Positions 1 through 14,503 are shown, numbered from the stretch's first letter. The stretch is 64,000 nucleotides of DNA from Eledone cirrhosa (GCA_964016885.1 OZ024745.1:87916001-87980000); one strand, 5' to 3'. Numbers and translations: made by a program. Notes: generated from the letters alone by a model not told the origin.

Positions 1-830
1 GTAAGAAACGTTTCGTTGAGGCTTTCCCGTCTCTCCACCAACGAGTGTATTTTCAACGACCATTCCACTTATTACAATGAAGCCCTTGCTCGAAGTGGAT
101 TTTTCGATAAGGTAGCATATACAGAGTACGAAAATAGACCTAGAAGAAATAGATCCCGTCGCATTTGTTGGTATAACCCACCATATAATATGGAGGTGGC
201 CACACCATTAGCTAAGATCTTTCTTTCCCTTATTACGAAGCATTTTCCCCCTACGCATAAATATAGTAAAATTTTTAATAGAAATACTATTAAAATTTCT
301 TACTCTACGACTCCTAACCTTGCACATAACATCACAGCTTCAAATTTAGCTAAACTACCTAGCCGTAGGAACACGTGCAACCCTGTAGTTAGTACTAACT
401 GTAATTGTAGGAATCGGGTTGATTGCCCCCTATCCGGGAAATGCCTCTCTAGTAACATTGTCTACAAATGTAAGGTTGTAACACCCACGTCCCGTAGGGC
501 CTACATAGGGTTAACCGCCAATAGATTCAAGCAGCGTCTTTACATGCATACCCATTCCTTTCGTACCCTCTAAGAAGGAATATGACGTCACTTTCAGCTT
601 ATATTTGGAGTCTAAAAGACAACCACACCCAATATAAGTTACACTGGGAGATCCTAGCTAGGGCTAGATCGTACAACGGAAATAGAAGGCCATGTGACCT
701 CTCCTGGAAAAACTCTACGCCACAGACCACATCTTAAACAAAAAATCTGAGGCAATTTCGGCTTGTAAACATAAATTGCACAAAACTTTCCTGTATTACA
801 GCCCCACGTTATACCCTAACGGATAGTACG
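1..830 (+). mobile_element. Penelope-like element 3' fragment (C-terminal thumb + GIY-YIG endonuclease), frameshifted
   Basis: ORF 16..573 has WYNPPY, KIFNRNTIKISYS, CNCRNRVDCPLSGKC and IVYKC...AYIGLT, typical of PLE GIY-YIG; the coding similarity continues out of frame to about 810. Confidence 0.85.
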
Positions 831-1990
831 ATCTATACGTGGATATTTTACGTCTTGATGTGGGAGCTAAGTATATGTTTTGTTTATACCATTACTTATT
901 TGCATAGGTAAGTATTTATTACCCGTATGTTTTCTGAAGGTACGTATAGCTTCTCGTACGTATATTTGATTGTTATGGCGTATATTTTTATATATTCTGC
1001 TACATATGGTTTGGTTATGTGTGTACGGGAGTTTGGCGTCTGTGTGAGTATGCAGGTTCGTACGTATGTAGGGTGCGCGTATATGTGTACTTCATGTTTG
1101 GTTGACTTACGTCTCCGAACACTCGTGTATTTATATTTAGGTATGTGTGTGTGCTTGTTATATACGTATTTATTTATTTATATACATTTATATAATTATT
1201 TATTTATTTGTATACACGCATACACACACACACATATTTATATGTGCGTGGCTTTGTATACCTATGGTAAGTGTTTTGCGTATGATTGTGTATGTGCGTA
1301 TTTGTTTGCGTGTATGTATTTATTTATTTCTATTACTTCTGTATTGTATTTATTTACTTTGTTCCTAACTCTGTAGCGGAGATTCATTCGGTCTCCTAGT
1401 TAGAATTTTAGTCTACAACTTCTGCTATACCATTTACGTGGTTTTGTCTTTGCGTGCTATTGTTCTCCACGCTCCACATATGACGTATTATCTTGGTTTT
1501 TTTCGTTCATTGCCAGAGAATGTCTCTATGAACCACCTAAGAGAACATTAGTCTACGACCTCTTTTATACCACAAACGTGGTTCTGTCTTTGCGCGTAAT
1601 TGTTTTTCACCGCTCCTATTAATGACGTATTATATTCGTTTTTACCCGTTCTTTGCCAGCGAACGTTTCCACGAAACAAAGTATCGTCTTCCTGTCTTTC
1701 TCCGGTTGCAACGTTTTTAGAAATATTCACTTCTGCGTTTACAGATTGACTTTGTTAGTTTCAGAAGATCCCGTTAAGGGTGAAAGCAGCGATTCTTTGC
1801 TTAAACTTTAATCTGTTATTTTAATAAATATTTGCTCTACAGTTCTTATATATTTGATATATATTTATCCTTATCGAGCCCTCTTTGGATTTTAGTCTTC
1901 AAATTTATTATTATTACTATATATATATATATATCAATATAAGGAGTTAATGGACCCAGCCTGTTTATCAATGCCAGGACCAGATATCTA

Positions 1991-2280
1991 TCTATATATC
2001 TAAAACAGAGAATGTCTGTCTGACTCCCTTAAACTCGAGAACTACCCAATCCATTGTTTTCAAACTTTAAACATGTAATACTTGTGTTCCTGTGAGTGTT
2101 TTGAGCCAAAAGTATTTCAAATGTTCAATGCCCTAGGGACCGCAGTAGGCGATTTAGCGATCTCTCTCTATAATTCTTAGTCTTTCTTTTTAGATAGATA
2201 CATAGATATCACGTTGCGCCCTTATAATATCTGCCTGCATGTCTGGTGTCTGCATTACGACCTTATGACGCTATATGTTT
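1991..2280 (+). mobile_element. Non-autonomous Helitron 5' portion (tentative)
   Basis: A|TCTATATATCTAAAACAGAG start resembles Helitron 5' termini; may pair with the 3' end at 6655. Confidence 0.4.
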
Positions 2281-2530
2281 GTGTGTGTGTATGTACGTAT
2301 ATATATAGTGTATATATAGTGTATGTACGTATATATATATATAGTGTATGTACGTATATATATACGTACATACACAGTGTGTAACGTACATCTATAGTGT
2401 GTAACGTTTTTCGAAATATTTACTTCTGCGTTCACAGAATGATTTTTTTTTGTTTCAGAAGATCCCGTTAAGGGTGAAAGCAGCGATTCTTTTCTTAAAC
2501 TTTAATCTGTTATTTTATTATATATATATA

Positions 2531-2914
2531 ATGAAAGACACAGACCAAGAAACTCACTCAGATGGTGGATGCGTGCCACACGAGAATGCCGAGGATGGCT
2601 CTGAACATTAATCAGTATACACTGAGAATGAACAACTCAGAGCTGTATGGGAGCCTCCCAAAAGTAAACTCAAAAGTGACACAGAGGAGACTGAGGTTAG
2701 CTGGACATGCTCACCGACATCCAGAGTTGACATTGCACTCAGTGCTCCTGTGGAAGCCCTACATGGACACACTAGAAGAGGAAGACCAAGGTTAACGTGT
2801 GTTAATGCCCTAAGGACAGACACTGCTCTGTTGGAGACGCAGGACATGGCAGCGATAATGAGGGATTGTGACCGCTGGAGAGAACTCGTCCATGGATCTC
2901 GGGAATTTTACCCG

Positions 2915-2918
<4 letters not shown>
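2531..2918 (+). mobile_element. RTE-like LINE 3' fragment
   Basis: Frameshifted peptides QRRLRLAGHAHRHPE...VLLW and HGHTRRGRPRLT...RDCDRWRELV match RTE-clade ORF2 C-termini; flanked by (TA)n. Confidence 0.7.
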
Positions 2919-2985
<67 letters not shown>

Positions 2986-3084
2986 TATATGTATATATAT
3001 AAATTGAGATGAGCAGAACAAACAAACATTAAACAATCCTTTAAATAAATTAAAAAATGATTTAAATATCTACCTGTTCATAAT

Positions 3085-3154
3085 GCTATTACCGGCGGTT
3101 TCGCTTTACAAAAGGTTAGAGATTCTAACGGAAAAGTAAAGTTCATCAGATAGC
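3085..3154 (-). ncRNA. Type I hammerhead ribozyme (family A)
   Basis: Reverse complement: gcuau CUGAUGA acuuuac...guaaagc GAAA ccgccgg UA auagc. Confidence 0.8.
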
Positions 3155-3637
3155 TATTTACATCCTATAGGACAAAGTCCCACAGTCTACAAATATAATG
3201 CCAACTGCCAGCTCGTATGAGTTATGGCCGTTAAAGTGACCTAACAGGTAGATATTTAAATACTTTTTAAATTTATTTAAAGGATTGTTTAATGTTTGTT
3301 TGTTCTGCTCATCTCAATTTTTATAGTTCTGGTATCTGAAATTAGTACCATTGAACAACAAGTATATTATAGACACCCTATATATCTCTATGCGTACTTA
3401 GTACTCAGAGAGATATTTGCCTCATTTTATGTATTCACCAATCTATGTAGAGAAAAAAAATCGTTGTTGCTTACTGCTATTTTTTTTAGCAGCAAAGCCA
3501 TCAACACGTCTGTAATATTCCCGCTTTCACTAGCGGCTAGTTCACGTGTGGGTCACTTTAACGTCCATAACTCATAGGAGCTGGTAGTTGGAATTATATT
3601 TGCAGGCTGTGGGACTTTGTCCTATAGGATGGAAATA

Positions 3638-3715
3638 GCTATCTGTGAACTTTACTTTTCCGTTGAAATTCCCTGAATCTCTAATCTTTTGTAAAGCGAA
3701 ACCGCCGGTAATAGC
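3638..3715 (+). ncRNA. Hammerhead ribozyme (family A), degenerate core
   Basis: gcuau CUG-UGA ... GAAA ccgccgg UA auagc; one core A is deleted. Confidence 0.65.
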
Positions 3716-4619
3716 ATTATGAACAGGTAGATATTTAAATCATTTTTTAATTTATTTAAAGGATTGTTTAAAGTTTGTTTGCTCATCTCAATTTTTATAG
3801 TTCTGGTATCTCAAATTAGTACCATTGAACAACAATTATATTATAGACACCCTATATATCTCTATGGGTACTTAGTACTCAGAGAGATATTTACCTCAGT
3901 TTATATATAGTTTTAACAGGATGGTTTTATTTTATTGTAGCACAAAGTAATGTTTGTTTAATTGTATGGTTGAAGTTGTTGCTGCTGTGATAATCCTTCC
4001 ATATCACATTTAAAGGCATTGCTGTGGTAACAGCATCACAATACTTTACGATGTTTTTATGTTATTTATTAACAAAGGTTGGGCTGATAGAGCAGAGTAG
4101 TGCTGACATGCCAAGAGAAATAAAACAAACGAATTAAGATTTTTAGAAGGTACGGTCTACTGGCTGAACTGTTGCCAGGCCGTGGTTATGTTTTTGTGTT
4201 ACATATTGGCTAGTGATTTAACGATAAAAGAAAAGCAGTTGTTTACCTTTTCGCTGTCGGGCTGCAAGAGAACCTGAGACTTACAGCCTAACCTCAATTC
4301 TTCGTGGTGATAAATCTACTCTTAAAAGCAACCTGTTAAAACTGGTAACCCCGAGAAAAAAAATAGGAATTGGTGATGGTGCTGTTCATGCTTTACCAGA
4401 GATGTATGGCTGTTATGGTAAATGTAGCAAAGCTGGCAAGAAGATGAAGGGTAGGCGAGAAAAATGTCGGTCTTCCAGATGAATTGCCGCAAATGCTAGG
4501 CAGCCAGGACACATGACTGAGTATTAAGTACCATAGAGATATATAGGGTGTCTATAATATAATTGTTGTTCAATTGTACTAATTTGAGATACCAGAACTA
4601 TAAAAATAGATCTACTGTC

Positions 4620-5366
4620 AAATTTTCCTACTCCACTACCAAGAATATACAACAGAATATAAGTGCGTACAACACATATAAGTGTAAAAAACCCATAAAT
4701 ATACCCCCAACACATCAAACCAACCTTAATAATACTAAAGTAAACCAAAGCAAACCACCTTCTTCTTCACCTATAATATGTTTTGACTAATAATCTCCAA
4801 AACAAACAGAATTCTACTAACTCCACATCCCCTAAACTATCACCCACCAACAACCCGTCTAATCATACTAATCTAATTACAACCCATTCTAAACCATACA
4901 TTAATGAAAATAGTAACAATAATACCACTATAGATAACACAATTAACTCTCCTGGCACAATATTTACGAATGGCTGTAACTGTAGAATCAAAAGAAATTG
5001 CCCATTTAAGGGAAATTGTCTTATTAATAATATAGTCTATAATTAGTACTGAGGACTCCACTCAATCCTATATAGGAGCTACGTCTAACCAATTTAAAGT
5101 AAGATTTAATACCCACAAACATAGTTTTTAAAATGCCGCATTAGCTAATAGAACCTCCTTGGCTGAAGCAATTAATAATTATAGAAAGAAGGTATTGATT
5201 ACAACCTGACATGGAGTGTGCTCAAAAGAGCCACCCCTTATCAAAATAACAAGAACTATTTGAAATCATGAAATCTAATGATATTCTATTAAATAAGCGA
5301 CAGGAGATAATTATATCATGCAATCATAGAATTAGAAAAACCTTCAAATACTATAAACTTAATTAA
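4620..5366 (+). mobile_element. Penelope-like GIY-YIG 3' fragment, degraded
   Basis: GCNCRIKRNCPFKGNCLINNIVY, then YIGAT and IISCNHRIRKTFKYYK in broken frames; homologous to 37194-38330. Confidence 0.8.
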
Positions 5367-6210
5367 TATATACCTCAATCTTATATTTTACAAATTATAA
5401 TAATTAATTAAACATTTTTTTAAAATTTAGTTTACCTATAATCAGATATTTACTACAAAGAATTTCATAATTTTATTTCCCTCTTGCAGCTCACTTTACG
5501 TAAAGTTATCTTTAACCTCACTACCTCTTTTAACCGCATCCCCTATTTATCACATTCAATACCTAGGATTAGTAAATATAATTAATATCTTCAATATTAT
5601 GGATGTTTAGATAGATATACTACTTTTTATAAAATTTTATCTATTTCAATCTTTCTATATATATTTTTTATTTTTATTTTTTTATTTTATTTATTTATTT
5701 TTATTTTTTTTTTTTTTTATATTTTTTTTTATTTTTTTATTTTTTTATTTTTTTTTTATTTTTATTTTTTTTTATTTTTTACTTCTTTATTTATCACATC
5801 CATAATAATTAATATAATTTTAACTCTAAGTATACCTATCAATTAATTTAATTTCCTTTTATGTATCTAGGTTCCTTGAAATTTAAACAGGAGTAGTATT
5901 TCTCACTAACATTCTCATCCCACAAAAAATTATTTTCCCTATGCTTTTAAAAACATTCTTTAATAACATCAATTTGTGGGGGGAATCCTTCACTACCTCA
6001 TTGACTTGACCTCCTTTTAACCCCTACCTTTCTCTTCCACATTGTATTCTTTTCATTCAAAGCATAAATTTACATTCCTCCACTCCTAGCATAAAGTTTC
6101 TACTACTGTTATTCTATCAACTTGATCTCTAACGCTTTTCTATTGGTCAATTCAAAACCTGTTCCCAAAGAGACTTTTTGTATTAATATTTTCTTTCAAT
6201 AAACATACTT

Positions 6211-6348
6211 CATTATTTCTGAAGATGGCATATATAAGTGAAGGTATGTATATCTCCTCTGATAATTTTTAATATTTTTTACATAGATCTTTAATATGAT
6301 ATACATACCAACACACATATATATCCCAGAAATGATCGTAAAATGATG
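6211..6348 (+). ncRNA. Type I hammerhead ribozyme with about 100-nt stem II region
   Basis: cauuauuu CUGAAGA ugg...cca GAAA ugaucg UA aaaugaug; 8-bp stem I; lies downstream of a PLE GIY-YIG relic. Confidence 0.7.
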
Positions 6349-6427
6349 TTTTTTTTCAATATAAGGAACCTGTTTTTTGTTTTTTCTTCATTGTTTTTAT
6401 TAATTTATATATATATATATATATAAT

Positions 6428-6655
6428 TATATTTTCGTGTACAGATATTTTTGTATACACAATAACAAAATACAAACAAAAGTATTTATTTCGCGATAAA
6501 GTATTGATTTTCTTCGCACGCATTTTTTAAGCAAAAAATGTAGACAACATCCCGAGGCCGAGGTATTCCGTACTTCTCTGTACTGGTTCAGAAAGGAGGG
6601 ATAAACATGCCAATCTATATTTAGAATCCCGGGCAACGCCAGGCCATTCTTCTAG
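6428..6655 (+). mobile_element. Helitron 3' end
   Basis: Subterminal hairpin cccgggcaacgccaggc followed by CTAG at 6652-6655; the same motif occurs at 50843-50870 and 56075-56105. Confidence 0.6.
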
Positions 6656-6772
6656 AATATATATTAATATAACAGGTTAAAGTTTAAGCAAACAATCGCT
6701 GCTTTCACTCTTAACGGGATCTTCTGTAGAAGAATACGTAAAAAGGTGGAATTAGAAGTGCCCTTTATTTGG

Positions 6773-6892
<120 letters not shown>

Positions 6893-9288
6893 GGAAAAGT
6901 GACCAGCTGAGCGCTTTGAAGCATTCAGCTAAATTACCCTTAACGACAGTTCCCATCTTAAATAGAAGCTAAATATTAAAGTTTTAGATGTGATAACATT
7001 TGTAACTCTCAAACGCAGGAAATAGCTGGGAAAATATCTATTATTCCCGAAAAGATGTGATAAATACAAAAAGAGCGTCATAGGACATTTTGTCTACAAC
7101 TAAACAGAAGTTAAACAACAAAAACAACAGCAATGGCATCTGAGAGATAAGCATGAAATATCAATGGATCGGGGTAAGAGCACAGGAAGGAATCTGAACA
7201 CAGCAAGACGACTACCTCCGCCTGAATATTCATCACATTGTTCCAATACCATATAAAAAGATGAAAAATAATTAATAATATGCCAGTGTTTTTTTCTCAA
7301 ATGCGCCTTGTTGAATCGAATTATGTAATATAATATTTCTATCCAGTACACGTTCTCTCGTAGGGAAACAAACGGCAAACATTGATTACATCATTAACGA
7401 TAATTAAATTAAATATTCGTAATATTGTTTGATGAATTCTTTCAAATACAACATGCCTTCCATAAAATATTCTGCTGTGCATTTAAAACGATAATTACAT
7501 TAATATATTTTTTATTCATCATTCGGCTAACATTATAAAAAAATGAATTAACAATTTTAATATAATATTGATGTTCAATTTAATATTGATGATAATCATT
7601 CAAATGGTTATAATATTTAAAAATTAGATTCTTTGTGGATTAATTTTATTCTCAGTCTAGACTGAACGATAAAACATATATTTTTATTTATGAATGAAGT
7701 GTAAACAATTCCTATAGACCAAATAATAATGCCATTGCCTACCTGTTCAAAGTTGTGCATTCTTAGGAATAAGATCTTTTGCTTAGATGAATTAAAATTG
7801 TACTGTCCAGGTTCATGTGCACATGGCACGGACACATGCACCCATATGCTTAGCTATATATATATATATGTATATATAAATATTAAAGCCAGTTATTGCA
7901 ATGGTTCCAAGCCAGGAATGTCGGGACAGGTTGAACACGTCGGTTGTCAGGGCTAATGAAACGTATGTACCTGTTATGGTGCCGTTGTAGTAACTGGTCT
8001 TAATAATCATATTTAAACTCGCACTACGGACTTCATTTATTAATTGAGTTGTACGCACATGTTAAACAACGAAGGCCACGTGTTGTCTTTCTCCGACACA
8101 ATTTTTTTCCCCTCGAAAAACCACCAGTTGATGGATATGAAATCCAAAATATAGGGACTATTAAATCGTTTCCAAAGTAACTCCATCTCGTGTTATTATT
8201 TTTTACACTTTTCCTACGTACTTCTACGCTCTCTACGTCTCTTTCTTCGCTTCCTCTTACATCTCTCTCTAATTACCACCTGATTCTGTTACCCGGAGAT
8301 TTACCCATCTGCATTGTTGAGGCTTCTAAAACGACTATTTCATATATATTTTATTTCATAAGAATATGAATATCCAAGAAATGCAATTCAATCAATGTGA
8401 AACTAAGCGACACTATACAAGAAACTTTATTTTCTAATGTTTAAGGCCTTTTATCAAGACAATGGATTCTGTAGAAGAGATTCCTTTTATCTTCCTTTTA
8501 GAATAATGAGAATATAATTTATAGTGAAACCTCTTCATTAACCAATCTATCGTGATTTTGGACAAAATTAGGACCCAAATTCCTGCAAGATAACAACAGA
8601 TTTGTCAACAGCATTTAGATCAGATATTAATTCAACGTTGTGTTACATACCTAGTCTAAATAGTGCTCTCCTATTTACTGTTCTGTGTCATAACAGAATA
8701 CTGAACGACGATCCCTCAATCGTTCCCCTAAATGACTAGTCTATTTTCGCTTCTCTGGTAAGGAGATACAAACAGTTAACTCCATAATCAATATAGCAGA
8801 ATAGTGAATACTACAAATAACGTATCTTTATATTATATCTTCATAATAAAGAAAATAAAAATAAAATATTCAAATGTGATATTATTCGAAGTAGAGTTTA
8901 CACGCAAAACGACAAAGAAGATTCTGTTATATTCAACGGAACATTTTTAGATCTACAATTTTGTTTGCTACAATTTCTTTTGTCTTTATGAGTACTGGAG
9001 GGAAATATTTTTGTTTTTGTCTTTGATATTTGAAATAAAAGAGATTATAGATCGATAAGGTTCCCTAAACGTTATTGATTATTTTAAACGATATCAAAAT
9101 GTCTTTCACCGTGTTTTTCACCCACATGCCGTATTTTAATCTAGTAGATAGATGATATATAAAGGGAAATATGGTTCAAAATTTAATATAGTTTCCAAGT
9201 AAGGCATTAAGAGAGATAGATGCATGATGCATACAAAATAACTTTAAATCTTATTCTATATAAATTAAATTGACTGATTCGCTCCACT

Positions 9289-9390
<102 letters not shown>

Positions 9391-9417
9391 GTACATAAAT
9401 ACATACATACATGCATA

Positions 9418-10518
<1,101 letters not shown>

Positions 10519-10589
10519 GGGAAAGAGTCAAGACCCCGACGGCTGAGCTCTAGCCGTTAGAACGTCAGATCGAATGCTTTATGGTATTC

Positions 10590-10695
10590 ATTCCGACTCT
10601 CCGTTCTCTCAGTTCAAATCCCACCGAGGTTAACTTTGTCTTTCATCCTTTCAAGGTCGATAAAAAAGTACCAGTTTAGTACTGAGATCGATTCT
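10590..10695 (+). mobile_element. tRNA-derived SINE fragment with Nin/Deu-like core
   Basis: gttcaaatcccaccgaggttaactttgtctttcatcctttcaaggtcgataaa: B-box plus conserved core, repeated elsewhere in the window. Confidence 0.7.
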
Positions 10696-11369
10696 TGCTC
10701 TATATCTCTTTCTCATTTTCCTCTCTCATTTTCTATCTTTCCATGGAAGAAATCTGCTGTACTCAGGCCTGGAAAGGGATGGGCTCCGCCAGGCGTAAAA
10801 TGCCCAAGAAACGCTGTATGTCAATATGGTGTCCCTACAACTCTATCAGGAATTACGGGACCATACATACATACAATCAAAACAATTGGCAGAGTATCGG
10901 ACAACAAATATTGTAAGGTTTAGTTGCGAACAAATATATTGTGAGTCCAAATACCGCCAATTAAAATTATATTGTCATGCTCCGTGAGAGCACTGAAGTT
11001 GATTTAATCAAAGTTAGTCCCATGTCCAACCAATGTTCTTGCTTTCAGAGTAAGTCAGAAGCTGGCCACTCAACAAGAAATTGAGATAATCCAATAGCGA
11101 AGCAATATTCGTGCTTTCCGATTAATTTAAGTTGGCCCTCAATGTGAAGTTGGCCCAATCAATCTTTATTTTATTTAGAATAAAGAACCATTGATGAAAC
11201 CTCAATGCGGTTGTTCAGCCTTCTAGAAATCTAGATCTCCCAAAACCTTTAATCGAGACTCTTCACAGAAATTTAGCCAGTGGGCGGTGCCCCAGCATGG
11301 CCTCTGGCATCTTGATGGAACGTGTAATGCAGTAATATAATATAGTGTTGTCCTAGACATCCTTTAAAG

Positions 11370-11710
11370 CAGAATTTCTCAAAGTGAGTGCTACCTGCCA
11401 CTGGGGGCGATGAGAAGGTCCAGAGGGCGCTGAGCTTAAGAGGACGGTGGGGGACGGTAGCGATTATATAATGGTATATTAAATATAAAATGATACATAT
11501 TATATATAAATATAGTAAAATAAAAAATATATATAATTTATTTATACATAGTATATATTATATTATTTATTTTATATAAATTAAAGATTATATTTATTAA
11601 ATATTATTTACAATTTGCGTGTAGGCAGGTGTCTCAGGAAATAGTGTTGGAGCGCTGATGGTATTACGTCATCGTGAGGGGGAGGGGGCGAAAAGGTTTG
11701 GGAACATATG
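11370..11710. mobile_element. hAT (Charlie-like) MITE
   Basis: Imperfect TIRs CAGAATTTCTCAAA / TTTGGGAACATATG; imperfect 8-bp TSD ctttaaag/tattaaag. Confidence 0.5.
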
Positions 11711-12115
11711 TATTAAAGGATGGGATCCTCACGGCTAAGACACATATAAGCAGCCGTATGCTCGATTAGGATTGACCAATCTCTCCGAGGCTCAAATATA
11801 TCTCTCTGAAATCTCAACCTATCAATCTTATAATTGAAAATAGTATGGGGTAATCATGGCTGAACCAATTTTGATTATATTTCTGATCTATTTGCGTTGA
11901 TATTGGATTAAACAATAACAGCACATGATTTATTGATAAAAGAGGAGAAAACTTTAGAGGTTTTGAATCAATTGAAAAGGTATCTGTAAACATTTTTACA
12001 CACGTATTTGTCATCCAGCGCCATTTGTTGACTCAATGGAACTTTCATCTATTTATATTAGAGAAAGAACCTGTATATATATATATAAGGCTCTGTGTTC
12101 TGTGGTTGGAAATAT

Positions 12116-12193
12116 CTGTCTGAAGAGCTGATTCTTTCCATTGGAAATTCTCTGAATTTCCAATCTTTTGATAAGCGAAACCGTCGGTCACAG
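12116..12193 (+). ncRNA. Type I hammerhead ribozyme (family A2)
   Basis: cugu CUGAAGA gcu...[uuggaaauuc/gaauuuccaa hairpin]...agc GAAA ccgucgg UC acag. Confidence 0.8.
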
Positions 12194-12575
12194 CACTAGA
12201 ACATGTATATTTAAATCGTATTTTAATTTATTTAAAAGATTGTTTAATGTTTACTTGTTCCGCTCATTTTTATAATTCTGGTATCTCAAATTAGTACCAT
12301 TGAATAACCACTATTATAGATACCATATATATTTCCGTGCGTACTTAGTACCCACTGGAATAATTATACCCTTTATTTGTATTCTCCTCCTATGTAGAAA
12401 AAAACATGTTGTATCGGCTGCTATTCCAAGTAACATGAAATTTCAACAAGTATAATTCCCGCTTTTTCTTAACGGCCTATTTATGTGTAGGTCACTTTAA
12501 CGGCCTGACCTCATACATTGGGCAGAAAGCAATATGTTTACTACCACAAGGCTCTGTGCCCTGTGGTTGGAAATA

Positions 12576-12655
12576 GCTGTCTGAAGAGCTGATTCTTTCC
12601 ATTGGAAATTCTCTGAATTTCCAATCTTTTGATAAGCGAAACCGTCGGTCACAGC
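12576..12655 (+). ncRNA. Type I hammerhead ribozyme (family A2)
   Basis: gcugu CUGAAGA gcu...agc GAAA ccgucgg UC acagc; complete core with GUC cleavage triplet. Confidence 0.85.
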
Positions 12656-12728
12656 ACTAGAACAGGTGAATATTTAAATCGTATTTTAATTTATTTAAAA
12701 AATTGTTTAATGTTTACTTGTTCCGCTC

Positions 12729-12850
<122 letters not shown>

Positions 12851-12851
12851 A

Positions 12852-12915
<64 letters not shown>

Positions 12916-12954
12916 ATATATATTATATATTATATATATATATTATATATATAT

Positions 12955-14503
12955 ATACAAATTAAAATGAGGAATTAAAAATGGAAACCAGGACTATCCA
13001 TCATCAGTGGTCTACTAGCAATCATAGGTATTTCTTCGCATTAAAGACCAGATACTTCAGGCTAGCGCGAACAATAACTGAAATAAGATATTGAGGTAAA
13101 ATGAATTTGGTGGAGAAGGAGAGACAGGTAAAGAAACACGAATGGTGAGGCAACGTAAAGCGAGGTAAAAATGAGAAAATCAAGTCAATGAGTCATTTGA
13201 ACATAAGAACTTGCGAATATTGACGAGAAGACGAAATACACATCTTAACAGTGCGAAAGTAAAAGAAGAAATAATTTCGCATGGTCTGGGTCGATGGAGG
13301 AAGTGAGAGAGAGGATGAGTAGCAGAGAGTGAGTGAGTGAAAGTGTGAGGAAGAGGCTAGCCGAGAGAGGGTGACTAGAAGAGGGTGAGAGATAAATAGG
13401 ATAGCAGTAAGTGAAGAGAAAGACAGGTCACAGCGAAGGGGAAAGCATATAGGAATGAAAAATGGCGTCCCCCCTGCTAGTCACCCTCTCTCGGCTAGCT
13501 TCTTCCTCACACTTTCACTCACTCACTCTCTGCTACTCACCCTCTCTCTCACTTCCTCCATCGTCCCAGACCGTGCTAAATTATTTCCTCGCTTACTTTC
13601 GCACGGTTAATATGTGTTTTTCGTCTTCTTTTCAATATTCGCATGTTCTTACGTTCAAATGAATCATTGACTTGATTTTCTCATTTTTACCGCTCCTAAC
13701 GTTGCCTCACCATTCGTGTTTGTTTACCTGTCTCTCTTTCTCCACCCAATTCTTTTTATCCCAATAACTTATTTTAGTTATTGTTCGCGCTAGTCTGAGG
13801 TATGTGGTCTTTAATGGGAAGAAATGCCTATGATGCCTAGTAGACCACTGATGATGGATAGTCATGGCTTCTATTTCTAATTCCTCATTTTAATTTGTAT
13901 ATCACATTTGCAACAACACAACACGCCATTTTTCATTCCTATATGCTTTCCTCTTCGCTGTGACCTGTCTTTTTCTCTTCCCTTACTGCTATCCTCTTTC
14001 TCTCTCCCCCTTCTCTCTCCTTCTACCTCTTACTTTTATTCACCCCCTCTGATAATCACCCTCTCTCGGCTAGCCTCTTCCTCACACTTTCACTCACTCA
14101 CTCTCTGCTACTCACCCTCTCTCTCACTTCCTCCATCGTCCCAGACCGTGCTAAATTCTTTCCTCGCTCACATTCGAATGGCCAAGATGTGTCTTTGCCC
14201 TCTCGTCAATATTCGCAAGTTCTTATGTTCAAATGAATCATTGACTTGATTTTCTCATTTTTTCCTCTCTTTACGTTGCCTCATCATTCGTGTTTGTTTA
14301 CCTGTCTCTCTTTCACCACCCAATTCTTTTTATCCCAATAACTTATTTTAATTAATGTTCGCGCTAGCCTGAAGTATCTGGTCTTCAATGCGAAGAAATA
14401 CCTATGATGCCTAGTAGACCACTGATGACGGATAGTCCTGCCTTCTATTTCTAATTCCTCATTTAAAATTGTATATCACATTTGCAACAACACAGCACGC
14501 CAT
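12955..14503 (+). repeat. Repeat family C: inverted copy plus about 1.8 tandem 574-bp units, PLE/retrozyme-like layout
   Basis: 12955-13467 is the reverse complement of the downstream units; ccactgatga recurs with CUGAUGA at 13848 and 14422. Confidence 0.85.

Larger units (their letters stand above)
3000..3903 (+). repeat. Retrozyme-like repeat family A: inverted partial copy plus about 1.4 tandem 478-bp units
   Basis: aacaggtagatattt recurs at 3244 and 3722; 3000-3243 is a reverse-complement copy; a further fragment lies at 4520-4610; each full unit carries an HHR. Confidence 0.85.

Noticed and set aside
1408-1670. About 140-bp diverged direct duplication
   Set aside because: Real, but appears to be an ordinary internal repeat of a PLE 3' UTR; no structure or motif found.
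13821-13860. Type II hammerhead permutation using GAAA upstream of CUGAUGA in family C
   Set aside because: No UH triplet or stems I/II can be closed.
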